Both the position numbers and the translations under genes were made by a program. DNA of 64,000 nucleotides from Minisyncoccota bacterium (GTDB lineage Bacteria; Patescibacteriota; Minisyncoccia; Phycocordibacterales; UBA9973). The notes below the pieces were generated by a model, which worked only from the letters and a program-made list of their open reading frames with translations, did no database searches and was not told the origin of the DNA. The stretch spans positions 15,306 through 79,305 of the forward strand of contig DATJJU010000003.1 of NCBI GenBank assembly GCA_035491955.1. Reading direction: 5' to 3'. Position 1 is the stretch's first letter, and each line of letters starts with the position of its first letter. Shown here piece after piece: positions 47,490 to 58,807 of the stretch.

Positions 47490-49328
47490 ATGGAAAATCC
47501 TATCACTCGCCTTCTAAAATCTTTTTTTGGCGCGAACCAAATGTCTTTTCGCCAATATATGAAAAACATGGTTGTCCGATTTAAAGAAGACAGCCTTTTT
47601 AAAAACTCGGTATATTTGATAACAAGTACTATCGCAATGTCCTTATTTGGCTTTGCTTTCTGGATCATTACAACTCGCCTTTACACAACAAGCCAAATCG
47701 GGTTTGCAACAGCTCTTATTTCTACCACTATTCTTCTTTCTACTTTCAGCCTGTTCGGATTTAACACAAGCATAGTACGCTTTTTACCGAAATCTGAAAA
47801 TCAGAACAGAACCATAAACACTGCAATTACAGTGGTCACGTTGATTACAATAGTAATTGCTACTGTATACGTACTCAGTATCGGCCGCATTGCTCCTCAA
47901 TTTGATCTTCTAAAAAAAGTGCCGGCATACGGAGTATTTTTTGTATTTTTCATGATACTAGTAAGTATCAACATGCTCACTGACAGCATCTTTATTGCTT
48001 TTCGTGCGGCAAAATATATTTTTATAGAATATATTTTTTTCGGCATCGCAAAAATAAGCCTACCTTTGCTGTTAGTCTCGCTGGGTACATATGGAGTATT
48101 TTTTGCCTATACTGGGTCTGTTATTGTGGCACTAATCGTAACGCTCTATTATCTTGTTAAGAAATTTAGATACTCTCCTAAAGTAGTAATCTCTAAAACT
48201 GAAGTAAAAAATGTAGGACTGTTTGCTGTTGGCAACTATGCAGCAACATTTATCTTGGGGCTTCCCCTTCTTATTCTCCCGACTATTATAGTGACCACTA
48301 TGGGGGCAACTGAATCGGCATATTTTTATATTGCCTCTACAATTGCCGCACTACTATATGGCATTCCTGTAGCAATATGCCAATCGCTTCTCGCAGAAGG
48401 GTCATATGATGAGAGAGCCCTTCGTAGGCTGGTAAAAAGTGCCGCGAAACTGTTGGGTGTTATTATTTTGCTCGGCATCGGCGCCTTTATCGCACTCAGC
48501 AAATTCGTACTGCTTATATTTGGAAGGAATTATGCCGCCAACAGCCGTAACCTGCTCATTGTCATGGCCATTGCTGCTATTTTCGTTGCTATTAACAATT
48601 TAGGAGAAACTGTACTTCGCATTCATCGTAATATAAAAACCCTTGTTTGGATAAGTATTGGTTTTCTTATTGCCACTATTGCTTTTATCTTTTTGCTTAT
48701 CTCGCACGGCATTCTCGGCATGGGATGGGCGCTTCTTTTAGGTCAGGCATTTATGAGTGTTGAACTTGGAGTATATTTTTCATATAGAAAAGTTAAGAAC
48801 GCTTTGCTGTTCTATCTCTTAGGAAGACGCACGTGGAAAGACATAGAATATTTTGACTCTGCATGGTCAGATCGCATTGGACAAATGGCTCAGTACATCC
48901 CTGCAGGTGCAAGTATCTTGGACCTTGGTTGCGGCAAAATGCTTCTCCAGCAATACCTTGAATTAAACCACACGTACTACCCGGTTGATTACAAAGATCG
49001 CGGAGAAGGAACTATTGTCTGTAATTTTAATAGACATCATTTTCCAGATCGATATGCAGATATCGCATTTGTTTCTGGCGTATTAGAGTATGTTGAAAAT
49101 GTTCCTGTATTTATTGCAGATATCGCAAAGCATACAAATCAATGCATCCTTTCCTACTGCTTAATAGAAGATTTTCCGAATATAAGCTTCAGACGAAAAC
49201 AGGCGTGGGTTAATGCCTTTTCTCGGGATGATATCATTTCCCTTTTCTCACAAGCAGGTTTCGTAATTAAAGATGAGAGTAAAACCCCTTCTAATAATTC
49301 TATCTTTAACTTTGTAAAGCAGAATTAA
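47490..49328 (+). CDS. Wzx-type oligosaccharide flippase fused to a SAM methyltransferase
   Basis: About 12 TMs (NS..L, G..FW....R.Y), then ILDLGCG and GVLEY; start uncertain. Confidence 0.8.
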   Translation: MENPITRLLKSFFGANQMSFRQYMKNMVVRFKEDSLFKNSVYLITSTIAMSLFGFAFWIITTRLYTTSQIGFATALISTTILLSTFSLFGFNTSIVRFLPKSENQNRTINTAITVVTLITIVIATVYVLSIGRIAPQFDLLKKVPAYGVFFVFFMILVSINMLTDSIFIAFRAAKYIFIEYIFFGIAKISLPLLLVSLGTYGVFFAYTGSVIVALIVTLYYLVKKFRYSPKVVISKTEVKNVGLFAVGNYAATFILGLPLLILPTIIVTTMGATESAYFYIASTIAALLYGIPVAICQSLLAEGSYDERALRRLVKSAAKLLGVIILLGIGAFIALSKFVLLIFGRNYAANSRNLLIVMAIAAIFVAINNLGETVLRIHRNIKTLVWISIGFLIATIAFIFLLISHGILGMGWALLLGQAFMSVELGVYFSYRKVKNALLFYLLGRRTWKDIEYFDSAWSDRIGQMAQYIPAGASILDLGCGKMLLQQYLELNHTYYPVDYKDRGEGTIVCNFNRHHFPDRYADIAFVSGVLEYVENVPVFIADIAKHTNQCILSYCLIEDFPNISFRRKQAWVNAFSRDDIISLFSQAGFVIKDESKTPSNNSIFNFVKQN

Positions 49329-49329
49329 A

Positions 49330-50526
49330 CTATTTATTTCTGACTAAAGAAGCTACTTTGTAGAGACGACTTCTTGTGTAGTAGTAATCATAAAACCAGA
49401 TCTTTTCTAGGACCTTACGCCCCTGGCCAGTATGAGGATGAGCAAATGATTTGCTAATGCTTTCCTGTAATGCATCCCGCAATTCCTTGTCTGATTCCAT
49501 TTTATTGAGATCCAATAAATTCTCCATTTGAAATGCTGCACCGTCTTCAGTGTACGTTCTTAGATTTTTTACAACCTGTAAATCTATAGACCGAGGAAAT
49601 GTCTTCGATTGTTCTAAAGTTCCTGCAATATGAAGACCGATCATGGTTCTATTACACTTATCACAAAGGCCGCAGTTAAACTTGCCTCTCTTATTTAAAT
49701 AGCACACACGCAAATTTTCTAAAACAATCTGCTCATGAGCAATATACTTTGTCTTCCCTAACCTGTTTGTTTCTGTACCATCATGATGAAAATTGATAAC
49801 CTCGGTACCCCATAAGCCGTCCAGTTGTAGGTGGGTTCCATTGGGGTACTGTTGATCTTTTGTATATGTCGATGCGATATATACGTTATTGATTTCTTTT
49901 CGCAAAGCCAAACCAAGAGCCGCCAAACAACCTCCGTGCGTATAGTCCCACGTCAATATTGGTTCAATGCAATGACGAACATTGCTTTCTACGGTAATAA
50001 GTTCGATACCTTCATGATCTGCAACATTTTCTACAGTGGCCAATGATCTTTCCCATAAATTCTTATTTCTGAGACTAATGTCATAGCCATTTGCCAATAT
50101 GAAATACTGTATCTTTTGAACAGCGGGATTATTTTTGTTTTTAAGATAGGTATAAAAAGAATCAACACCTCCTGAGAAAAATGACGCCGCTGCAGCAGGC
50201 TTATAGGTATCCTTTTTCAGGCTATTAGCTACAATTTTAATTTTCTTTAATCCAATATTCCAAGAAAAGACAAGCTCCATAGCTTCATGTAATCCTTTAT
50301 AAAGCTGTTCGGATATCTCTCCTTCTATAATAAGATTACTGCCCAACTTCATTGAAGGAATCAATAATGCAGCAGCAAAAGGACTCATATCAAGAGCAAT
50401 AAAGTCAACATATTTTTTATCAAACTTGAAATAAATCTTATCGGGCCCGAATGGACGAATAAAACAATCAGCCATCAGAGTTGCGAATTTTGCATCAATC
50501 TTTAATTGTAGATTGCTAATTTTCAT
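49330..50526 (-). CDS. PP-loop (adenine nucleotide alpha-hydrolase-like) protein
   Basis: FSGGVDS; LRVC...NCGLCDKC.RT. Confidence 0.7.
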   Translation of the reverse strand: MKISNLQLKIDAKFATLMADCFIRPFGPDKIYFKFDKKYVDFIALDMSPFAAALLIPSMKLGSNLIIEGEISEQLYKGLHEAMELVFSWNIGLKKIKIVANSLKKDTYKPAAAASFFSGGVDSFYTYLKNKNNPAVQKIQYFILANGYDISLRNKNLWERSLATVENVADHEGIELITVESNVRHCIEPILTWDYTHGGCLAALGLALRKEINNVYIASTYTKDQQYPNGTHLQLDGLWGTEVINFHHDGTETNRLGKTKYIAHEQIVLENLRVCYLNKRGKFNCGLCDKCNRTMIGLHIAGTLEQSKTFPRSIDLQVVKNLRTYTEDGAAFQMENLLDLNKMESDKELRDALQESISKSFAHPHTGQGRKVLEKIWFYDYYYTRSRLYKVASLVRNK

Positions 50527-51766
50527 AAATATCTTTTACTGTATAAATAGCCTTATTAGCCTCTTCAATATATCCAGGCAAAACTGTATCTAGATGACGC
50601 AGATAGACTGAGCGTTCTCGCGTAAGACGATCGAACATATCAATAAGGTTGTCAGATTCTACTTTCTTAATATTTACTACCCATTGTTCTAGACCGAGGT
50701 CAGCCATGATGCCTCTGGTTTTGTGCTCGTATTCAATAGCCATGCTTGGCACCTTCGAAGTAAGGGCAAATATAACCGAATGGAAGCGGGTACCAACAAG
50801 GTAATCCAGATCGGCATACATTGCTTTTACAATATGGTGATCATATCGCTCCTTTACTACATACGCTTTATCCTTCTCCTCCATATAACTGTAAACACGC
50901 TTACTGCTCTCTCGATCATCATCTGACTGCAGCTCAACAGTAACCTGAGGAATAAAAATAACAGCGGCATTATACGCGGTCACAATATGGTCCGCTAAGG
51001 CTGCTACTGAACGCTCGTAATGTTCCTGAGCTTTTGAATTGAGCCATGCCCGAACAGTAACACCTACAATCATTTTTTCTTCCGGGATGTGGAATTTTTC
51101 ATGAAGATTGACAGAGGTATTGCTTTGGAAAGCAAAACCGCTATCTACAGACAAAGAAACGTTCTTTTTGATACCCCATTTCTTCAACAACTCAAGCGAG
51201 ATATGTTCTCGCACAATAATTCCATTAAGTCGTTTTACTGCAAAACGAGCCATTCGCTCCTGAAAACGATTTCCGAATGGTCCCACAGACTGGGTATAGC
51301 CGACTGTTTTCTTGCCCAAAATATAAGAGAAGACAAAAGGATGAAGAATGAAGAAAAGCCCAAAGGTGCCCATAAGGCCTTCTTTTCCCCTCACATATCC
51401 GCCGCCAACAGAAATAACGATGTCAGCATCTTCATATAGCTTCACGACTTCTTGAATGGATTTCGGTAAAGGAATATTTACTTTAAACCATCTATAGGAA
51501 AATGCCGTGATAAAGGTAAGTGTAGTGATGTATGCAGCATAGATAGCTTGCAGCACACGGTTTTTATACTGCTCTCTAGCATAATACATAAACGCATGCT
51601 TCATTGTTACTCCGTCAAACGTTTCTCCGGGAGCAAGAGTATCGAGCGTCAATATCGTCATATCAGGATTATCAAAACCGCGCTTGATATCCGATATCAA
51701 AACACTGAGGAGCGCAGCGTCTCCTTTATTATCGTTTGAGTAAACATGTGAGATAAGTATTTTCAT
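50516..51766 (-). CDS. Polysaccharide pyruvyl transferase (WcaK-like)
   Basis: NKGDAA, GGGY, QSVGP, VRE..S, RFHS, YEHKT. Confidence 0.9.
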   Translation of the reverse strand: MKILISHVYSNDNKGDAALLSVLISDIKRGFDNPDMTILTLDTLAPGETFDGVTMKHAFMYYAREQYKNRVLQAIYAAYITTLTFITAFSYRWFKVNIPLPKSIQEVVKLYEDADIVISVGGGYVRGKEGLMGTFGLFFILHPFVFSYILGKKTVGYTQSVGPFGNRFQERMARFAVKRLNGIIVREHISLELLKKWGIKKNVSLSVDSGFAFQSNTSVNLHEKFHIPEEKMIVGVTVRAWLNSKAQEHYERSVAALADHIVTAYNAAVIFIPQVTVELQSDDDRESSKRVYSYMEEKDKAYVVKERYDHHIVKAMYADLDYLVGTRFHSVIFALTSKVPSMAIEYEHKTRGIMADLGLEQWVVNIKKVESDNLIDMFDRLTRERSVYLRHLDTVLPGYIEEANKAIYTVKDIYEN

Positions 51767-51772
51767 AAGCTG

Positions 51773-54079
51773 TTAGTGATAAATTTGTGAACCTCCACTG
51801 TTATAAATAAGGTTTTTATTGTTTTTAATAAATTCCATTGGATAATTAAAAGTAATCAGATCATTTTTATATTGGAATGACGCTATGCCAGTCATAATAT
51901 TATTCGTACTAATGTATACATATCCCTTTGGGTCAATTGTTTCTGGAAACACGGCCGTATTTTCAGAGCTCATACCTGCAAAAGATTCTAAGCGAAGATT
52001 CGCTTGAGCATCTGCTTCAACAGGATCGTCGTAATTTCTATCATTCAAAATCCAATGAGCTCCGGCTATTTCCGAATCATGAATATAGAGTCCCTGCATA
52101 GTACTTGGAGGTTGATTCAAGGTAATATGAATCACTCCTCCCGTATAATAATCAACCAGACCCGTTGTTGATAAAAATACTACCGATAGGACACAAGCAA
52201 TTACGAGTTCATTTCGTTTAAAATATTTCGTCAAATTAATAGCCCCTACAATAGCTACAGTACTCAGGAAAAGGAACATCTGAAGATATAATCTGGTGAG
52301 ATTATATTGCTGCTGCAGGTACGGAACCGCAACCATCAATACAATAAGGGCGCACCCGCTGACACTAAGAACAATAAGCTGGTATTCCTTATTGGACCTT
52401 GTTTTAGAGAAACCTTTATATAAAAAGACTAATCCAGCCAAAGGAAATACCGCGATCGCCATAATCTTAGCTGTGTTTGCTATAAAAGCAAGTGCTTTCG
52501 ACAGAACCTCAGGGAGCATTTTTTGAGCGTGTACAGCTGAATCTACGGGGTAGGATGGATAGCTAACAGTCAGAGAATCAGGATAAAATTGATAGTAATA
52601 TGTCTTAATAGCATTCTGTTTTGCTTCCTCTATTGTATCGATCGTATTCTTCGGACCGACAATGTTTGCTACTCCGTTTTTTGATACGCCTGATGAAAAT
52701 GACGGTTGTGAGGATGTAACGATTTCAGATTCTGTAATAGGTGCATTCTCTGTTGCAGGCTTCATAACCGTACCTTTATTTGTTATAAACTCTGTAACCT
52801 TTCCAATAGTTCGAGTGATGGGTACCTGCCATATAAACAGCATTGTTACAGCAAGAACAATAAATACCGGCTTGAACACGGAGGACTGATCTTTAAAAAG
52901 ACTGATCTTTTTTGAAATATATGAAAACAGTGATGCTACTACCAGCAAAATAATTGCCACATAGGCAGTTGAGTAGTGAGACAAAACAATGCCCATAAAA
53001 CTAATTCCCACCAATATATTACGCGTTACTTTTTTCAGATTTTTATCAAGAAGCACTAGCAACAATAGCAAGAAAAAAGGGAAAGCATACTCTTGTCTTA
53101 TAAGCGCTGGCATTTGTTCAAAAAACCATGTTTGCGATAGAAGTAAAAATGCAGAAAGGAAAGCAGAGATGCTAGTGCTTACATATCGCTTTGCAAACAC
53201 ATATACCATAACAGGAGAAAGAGCGAAGAAGATCTGGAACAGGAATTTAAATACATATTCTCCGGAAATATGCGTTAGTTGAACAAGTATGGTTGGCAAT
53301 ATCGTAATACTAAGACATGCATTATAGTCCAGCCCTGCATAATAAGACGCGTGCCACATAAGATGCTGGAGCGTTGTTTGAAACACTTCATACTCCTGAT
53401 TGATATCCCATCCTAATATATGATTGCTTCTGAGAGAGTACATGAGAAGCAAAGAGAGGCTGATTGTGTAGAGCGCTACAATATAAACGCTCTCTTTAAG
53501 ACTTTTATTCCAAAATGCCAGAGCGATAACATAGACAGCTATTGCGGCAATCATTACGACTGTTATCGTATTACTGCCATTATTGTTTAAACGCTCTGCT
53601 CCTAGCCATGCGAGTATGGGAAAAATGAAAGCTATGGCTAAGAATATTCGACTTATCATATTTCCAACTTGGAACTTTACTGTAAGAGTAACGTTCTTCT
53701 GAAAAAAATATATGAAAAGCGAAAGCCCTAAAATAATAACGTCAAAAAATACTACGAGCGGAATTTTTGCCAGAGGGTGATGAATACCAAATAAAGGTAA
53801 TAGAAAATTGGCTATCACCCCCCCTAAGAGTACGAAGCCGAAACCTGTAAGAAGAGCATAGACAATGTATTGAGCAGTATTATCAGAGGGTATATTCAGT
53901 ATCACTGACAACAATAAACCGGTTAAGCCGAAAAGGCCCACTAGAACAATCGGAACTGTAATCCATAAAGGTACAGAGGAAACAAGCACTACGACAGTCA
54001 TGATCGCGATCAAATAAATCGCTACAAACAGAAGCCTCTTATTTGTCAGTATTAGATTATTCCCTCCTCTCTCTTCCAT
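51773..54079 (-). CDS. DUF2206-like multi-TM protein
   Basis: GWDI..EY, ACLSITILP, RQE.A, SHYSTAY, NLIYNSGGS.IY. Confidence 0.75.
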   Translation of the reverse strand: MEERGGNNLILTNKRLLFVAIYLIAIMTVVVLVSSVPLWITVPIVLVGLFGLTGLLLSVILNIPSDNTAQYIVYALLTGFGFVLLGGVIANFLLPLFGIHHPLAKIPLVVFFDVIILGLSLFIYFFQKNVTLTVKFQVGNMISRIFLAIAFIFPILAWLGAERLNNNGSNTITVVMIAAIAVYVIALAFWNKSLKESVYIVALYTISLSLLLMYSLRSNHILGWDINQEYEVFQTTLQHLMWHASYYAGLDYNACLSITILPTILVQLTHISGEYVFKFLFQIFFALSPVMVYVFAKRYVSTSISAFLSAFLLLSQTWFFEQMPALIRQEYAFPFFLLLLLVLLDKNLKKVTRNILVGISFMGIVLSHYSTAYVAIILLVVASLFSYISKKISLFKDQSSVFKPVFIVLAVTMLFIWQVPITRTIGKVTEFITNKGTVMKPATENAPITESEIVTSSQPSFSSGVSKNGVANIVGPKNTIDTIEEAKQNAIKTYYYQFYPDSLTVSYPSYPVDSAVHAQKMLPEVLSKALAFIANTAKIMAIAVFPLAGLVFLYKGFSKTRSNKEYQLIVLSVSGCALIVLMVAVPYLQQQYNLTRLYLQMFLFLSTVAIVGAINLTKYFKRNELVIACVLSVVFLSTTGLVDYYTGGVIHITLNQPPSTMQGLYIHDSEIAGAHWILNDRNYDDPVEADAQANLRLESFAGMSSENTAVFPETIDPKGYVYISTNNIMTGIASFQYKNDLITFNYPMEFIKNNKNLIYNSGGSQIYH

Positions 54080-54095
54080 ATATCACTCTTAGATG

Positions 54096-56471
54096 CTAAC
54101 GGTATACTCGTGACCCTCCGTTGCTATAGACAAGATTCTTATTGTTATTCAAGAAATCCATCGGGAAGCTGTAGTACACGACATAGCCATTAATGATTTC
54201 AAGAATGTTTCCTGTTTTAACATTGTCGTAATTCAGATACACATATGAGTCTTTTTTTGTTGTTTCCGGCAGTAGCTCGATATATGAAGTAACACGGCCG
54301 TACGCAAGCATCTTAATATCCGAAAAGTGCGCGGCCTGAATAGGAAGTCTAATGGCGTCTGCTTTAGCCAGCCAGTCTGCAGAAGCTACTTCTTGCGGAT
54401 GAGTATAATAAGAGTCGTAATACAAGCCGTCATTATTAAGCGGCAGTAATGGTCGTGCTCCTCCAGTAATCTGAGGCAATAATCCGGATAGAATGATAAA
54501 GAAGAATAATACTGTTATTACTGATGCCGCCAATTGTTTTCTAGCATTTTTAGTAAACATTCCTATGATAGCCATAAGGCCGAGAAGTATAGGCAAACAT
54601 AGGTAAATCAAATTCTGTTGAAATAGGCGCAAAAGCCCATAGTCAATGGCGTTTGCAGGAAGCACAGTCTGTCCGACAAGAACAACGATGCCGGCAAAAG
54701 AGATTGAAATAAACTCTACAGGCACTTTGTGCAAAATCTTTTCTTTAAAGCTATAGCCGAGCCCCAATCCTATAAGCCCCACAAGGAGAAGGAGTTGCAG
54801 GATCTTTGCATACGCCTGCTTTATAAATGCAAAAAATGTAGTGAGACTGACACGAACCACTCCTTGTACAACATGTCCCACTTTTGTCAGAGGAGCGATA
54901 TATTCCGATACAGGCTTCGTTGGGTAGCTTTCAGTTAATGCGAGCGGGAAAAATTCTGACTGCTGCTGATTAACTTTTTGATTTTTTATACCCTGATCGA
55001 GGAATTGATTGAATAATACTTGAGGACTTGGTGTTTGAGAGCTAAGGATACTGTATTTTGCCGGGCCAGTTTGCTCATCCAAGCTAAAAGGCTTGGTCAA
55101 GCTCGTACCGATCTGTTTAATGGTATTAATAAAACTAGTTGAAGTCTTGGTAATAAATGTTGACCATACCACCATTATCACAAGCAAGCCGATAACAAAT
55201 ATGAATTTCAGAGCACTCTTTTTTTCATAGACTTCCTTATTACCGACTTTGTCCGTGAGTCGTACAAGCCAGCGAGGGCGCTTACGGGTCATAATAAAGC
55301 GCAAAATCTTATTAATAAGATACGTGGCGATCAGCAAAGGTACTGCGATGTAAGAAGTAGAATAGTGAGAAAATACCATACCGGTTCCCAGGATAAAAAG
55401 AATCAGCATTTTTACTTTTTCACTGACATACTCTTCACTAAACAGTACAAAAACCATTAAGCCGAAGAAAAGAAAGGCTATTCCCTGTCGATTAAGGAAT
55501 GCCATATCGACAGTGAATGTTGGGAAGGTAATATAGATAAACGCTGCTAAAAATGCCAATTTTTCAGAAACATATTGCTTAGAAATATAGTACACCACTA
55601 CGACAGGCAGAGCCCCGACAAACTGAATGAAGAATTTGAAGATATATGCATCACTTGCAACGTGCATAAGATTCTGTAGATAAGTCGGAAAAATGGTAAG
55701 ACTGAGACATGCCATGTACGGATCTTGATATAAGGACATCAGCCAGTGATGGGCATCGTTGGTTAATGTGAAGACATGATACTCAAGCAAGATATCATGA
55801 CCGGTAATGAACCATCCCCGCATAGAGTTCATAAGGAGGAATGACAAAGCCATCATGTATAAAATGACCGGCTTTACAGGCTCATCAATTTCTTTCCTCG
55901 TAAGAACTACGACAGGCACAAGGATAACGACAAGCCCCAGTGCCGCCATCGTCAAAATATTTGACTGGCCGTTATTAAGAAGCAGAGCACCTAGCACAGA
56001 CAGTACAGGAAGAAGCACTGATATAAAAATAAGGCTGATGCTGAGGCCGTTCAATCGCGGTAAACGAAGCTCGAAATCTGTTTCAAATATTCTATTGAGA
56101 GCAAACAAGATAAAAATGATTGCATCAAACGTGATAACCAACGGCAAAACACTCAAGGGCATTTGAATGCCTACTAAGGGCAGCACTGTGTTGATTATCA
56201 AGCCGAAGAACATGAGCATAAAAATACTCAATGCAACACTGAATGCGACGCCAAGCATGAATGGCATTTTTCTTTTTGTTAAGAATGGCAATAAGAAGAG
56301 GCCGGGAGTAATAATGATATAAAGAAAAGCTAAGAATTGAGCAATATAGGCTAAGGCAGGCTGATGAATCTGAAAGAGTGCTACCAGGTTTACCAAAGGA
56401 GCAGCCGCAATAAAATAGGCCAACGAGGTCTGGAGGGAGTACTGTGGTTTTGTATCGTTTTCGTATTCCAT
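54096..56471 (-). CDS. DUF2206-like multi-TM protein (paralog)
   Basis: GHDI..EY, ACLSLTIFP, RQ.IA, SHYSTSY, NLVYSNGGS.VY. Confidence 0.75.
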   Translation of the reverse strand: MEYENDTKPQYSLQTSLAYFIAAAPLVNLVALFQIHQPALAYIAQFLAFLYIIITPGLFLLPFLTKRKMPFMLGVAFSVALSIFMLMFFGLIINTVLPLVGIQMPLSVLPLVITFDAIIFILFALNRIFETDFELRLPRLNGLSISLIFISVLLPVLSVLGALLLNNGQSNILTMAALGLVVILVPVVVLTRKEIDEPVKPVILYMMALSFLLMNSMRGWFITGHDILLEYHVFTLTNDAHHWLMSLYQDPYMACLSLTIFPTYLQNLMHVASDAYIFKFFIQFVGALPVVVVYYISKQYVSEKLAFLAAFIYITFPTFTVDMAFLNRQGIAFLFFGLMVFVLFSEEYVSEKVKMLILFILGTGMVFSHYSTSYIAVPLLIATYLINKILRFIMTRKRPRWLVRLTDKVGNKEVYEKKSALKFIFVIGLLVIMVVWSTFITKTSTSFINTIKQIGTSLTKPFSLDEQTGPAKYSILSSQTPSPQVLFNQFLDQGIKNQKVNQQQSEFFPLALTESYPTKPVSEYIAPLTKVGHVVQGVVRVSLTTFFAFIKQAYAKILQLLLLVGLIGLGLGYSFKEKILHKVPVEFISISFAGIVVLVGQTVLPANAIDYGLLRLFQQNLIYLCLPILLGLMAIIGMFTKNARKQLAASVITVLFFFIILSGLLPQITGGARPLLPLNNDGLYYDSYYTHPQEVASADWLAKADAIRLPIQAAHFSDIKMLAYGRVTSYIELLPETTKKDSYVYLNYDNVKTGNILEIINGYVVYYSFPMDFLNNNKNLVYSNGGSRVYR

Positions 56472-56472
56472 A

Positions 56473-58803
56473 TTATGGGTATATAGACAACAAGGCTTTT
56501 CCTACAACATCCCAATCGTAATGAGTAAGAACGAATTCCCTGCCCGCTGCAGACATTTCATCATATTGCATATTTTTATACAAAATGTCAAGTATAGTGT
56601 CGGCAAAAGCTTCTGGTGCGTCCGCTATTGCGATACCGTTATTTTTCTCTATTCCTTCTGCTCCTTTTGATGCAGAAACTACAGGCAAGCCAGCAGCCAT
56701 GTACGTTAATATCTTAAGTCTGGTGCCGGAGCCGTAGCGAACAGGACAAATACCAATTGCTGACTCAGCAAGATAAGGACGGATATCTTCCACAAAGCCT
56801 GTGCCTTTTATGGAGTCGTCTTGAACACCTTCTTTTTTAAGCCACTCAGGTGTTGCGCCAATAATAGTAGTTGATATTGCGGAATCTTTTTTCTTTAAAT
56901 GGGGGTAAATTTCATGTATGTAAAATTTCACTGCATCAGCATTCGGAGGATATTTTACCCCTCCGATAAACAGTATCTTTTTATTGTTATCCTTCTTTTT
57001 TACTGGAACAAACTCTTTGCAGTCGACTCCATTAGGAACGATGAACACATTCTTATTAATTTGTTTAAAATAGTCTGCATCATTATTTGAACATGCAATA
57101 ACAATATCGGCTTGCTTCGTAGCTTCTATTTCAACTTTCTGCAAATGAGGTACAAGCCACTTCCCTACTATTCTTTTTGGTGATGAAAACAGTTCCAATG
57201 ACTGTTCAAATAATGCTCCTTCAATATTATGAGTATCAAGAACTATTTTCACGCCTTGTTTCTTAAGCCAAGGAATATATTTTCGGATACAGTAATATCC
57301 GCTGATCTGTTCAATATGGACTACATCAGGTAATTTTTCCTGACAAGCGGCATAAAAAATTTCTCCCACCCCGCTTATTCTGAAATTCTCTATTGCGGGT
57401 TGCACACGCTTGAACAAAATAGCCTTTAAAAAAGTTAGTGGTGTTAATTTCTTTTTTTGTATAGGATGAACAGTGATATTCGGCTCTCGTTTTAAAGCAT
57501 CCACAGCTTCGCTATTATCGGCAATACAGAAAAGATCGATAGTAGTATGACTTTTTTTAGAAAGCTGTTTAAGCAAATGGAAGTTTCTAATTTCAGCTCC
57601 TCCACTGTTTCGAGGAGTGTTAGTAGATACAATATAAATTGTTTTTTCCTTGACATCTTTTTTTACCGCAGAAGATATGCCCAAGAAAGCTTCAGTTTCT
57701 GCTGCTAATATAGACCAATTATATTTTTCTTTAGCGTATACCTGAGCATTTTTTGATTTATCATATATATCTGCATCACCCAACGCATAGAGAATTGTCT
57801 TTTCGAGGTCAGTACGATTGTTTGACTGGGCAATATATCCAATTCTTCCATGATCCACAAAAGAAGGCAGATCGCCGATATTGCTGACAAGAGGTACGAC
57901 CCCTCGAGCCATGTATTGAGAGACTTTCATATTGCTTGCCGCTAATACTGTCCGCTCATTCGGCATATAACTATAGCCAATATCGCCGGGAGAAAAAGTA
58001 TCCTTCACATCAGTGAGGGCAAGCCATCCTGTAAATATAGTATTCTTGGTAATTCCAAGAATACCGGCTTTTTCTTTAAAATAATTAAGATATGTTCCGT
58101 TGCCCATTATTAAAATTTTTATGTCTGGGTATTGCGCGATGACATTAGGAAGAACATCGAACAATGGTTCAAGAATATTTTTTCTATTAATAGCACCCAT
58201 GAATAAGATTCTTTTACTATGCATTTTTTCTTTCACGGGAGTAAACCACTCATCACTGACGCCGTTCGGTAATATATGCACAGGCTTTTTAGGAAAGGAT
58301 TCTTTATACATGCTGTAAAGAAAACTTGAAGCAGCTATAATCTTATCAGCATAATATGCCGATATTTTTTCTGACCATGCCACAAGTACGCGCTGATACC
58401 ATGGATGACCTTCGATTTTCATTACTTCACTACCCAAATCATCCATATCTAATACTACGGATGTGCCGTAAAAAAGCTTACCGAGCAAGCCTACAGCGCT
58501 TATCGGCGTAGGCTTGTAGATATAAATAAGGTCTGAGCGTTTTCGTAGTATTTTCCACGAAGCACTAATAAGATAAGGAATGAGATTTATTAGAGGGTTT
58601 CGTGTTTTAAATTGAAAAGGTTGATAGATCTTTACTCCATTAAGTGTCGTGATTTTTTCATATGAAAAATTATTATACTTGTCGGCACTAGGAACTATAA
58701 TGGTCACATCATGACCATTCTTGTGCAGCTCTGTTGCAAGTTGCACAATGCGATAACTAAAATTGCTGCGGATACTCCCCGATCCTAAAAAAGTAATCTT
58801 CAT
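56473..58803 (-). CDS. Tandem two-module GT4 glycosyltransferase
   Basis: Two GT-B units (PNGV twice; K..QYMA.G and KIL.YMAAG). Confidence 0.88.
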   Translation of the reverse strand: MKITFLGSGSIRSNFSYRIVQLATELHKNGHDVTIIVPSADKYNNFSYEKITTLNGVKIYQPFQFKTRNPLINLIPYLISASWKILRKRSDLIYIYKPTPISAVGLLGKLFYGTSVVLDMDDLGSEVMKIEGHPWYQRVLVAWSEKISAYYADKIIAASSFLYSMYKESFPKKPVHILPNGVSDEWFTPVKEKMHSKRILFMGAINRKNILEPLFDVLPNVIAQYPDIKILIMGNGTYLNYFKEKAGILGITKNTIFTGWLALTDVKDTFSPGDIGYSYMPNERTVLAASNMKVSQYMARGVVPLVSNIGDLPSFVDHGRIGYIAQSNNRTDLEKTILYALGDADIYDKSKNAQVYAKEKYNWSILAAETEAFLGISSAVKKDVKEKTIYIVSTNTPRNSGGAEIRNFHLLKQLSKKSHTTIDLFCIADNSEAVDALKREPNITVHPIQKKKLTPLTFLKAILFKRVQPAIENFRISGVGEIFYAACQEKLPDVVHIEQISGYYCIRKYIPWLKKQGVKIVLDTHNIEGALFEQSLELFSSPKRIVGKWLVPHLQKVEIEATKQADIVIACSNNDADYFKQINKNVFIVPNGVDCKEFVPVKKKDNNKKILFIGGVKYPPNADAVKFYIHEIYPHLKKKDSAISTTIIGATPEWLKKEGVQDDSIKGTGFVEDIRPYLAESAIGICPVRYGSGTRLKILTYMAAGLPVVSASKGAEGIEKNNGIAIADAPEAFADTILDILYKNMQYDEMSAAGREFVLTHYDWDVVGKALLSIYP

Positions 58804-58807
58804 AACA

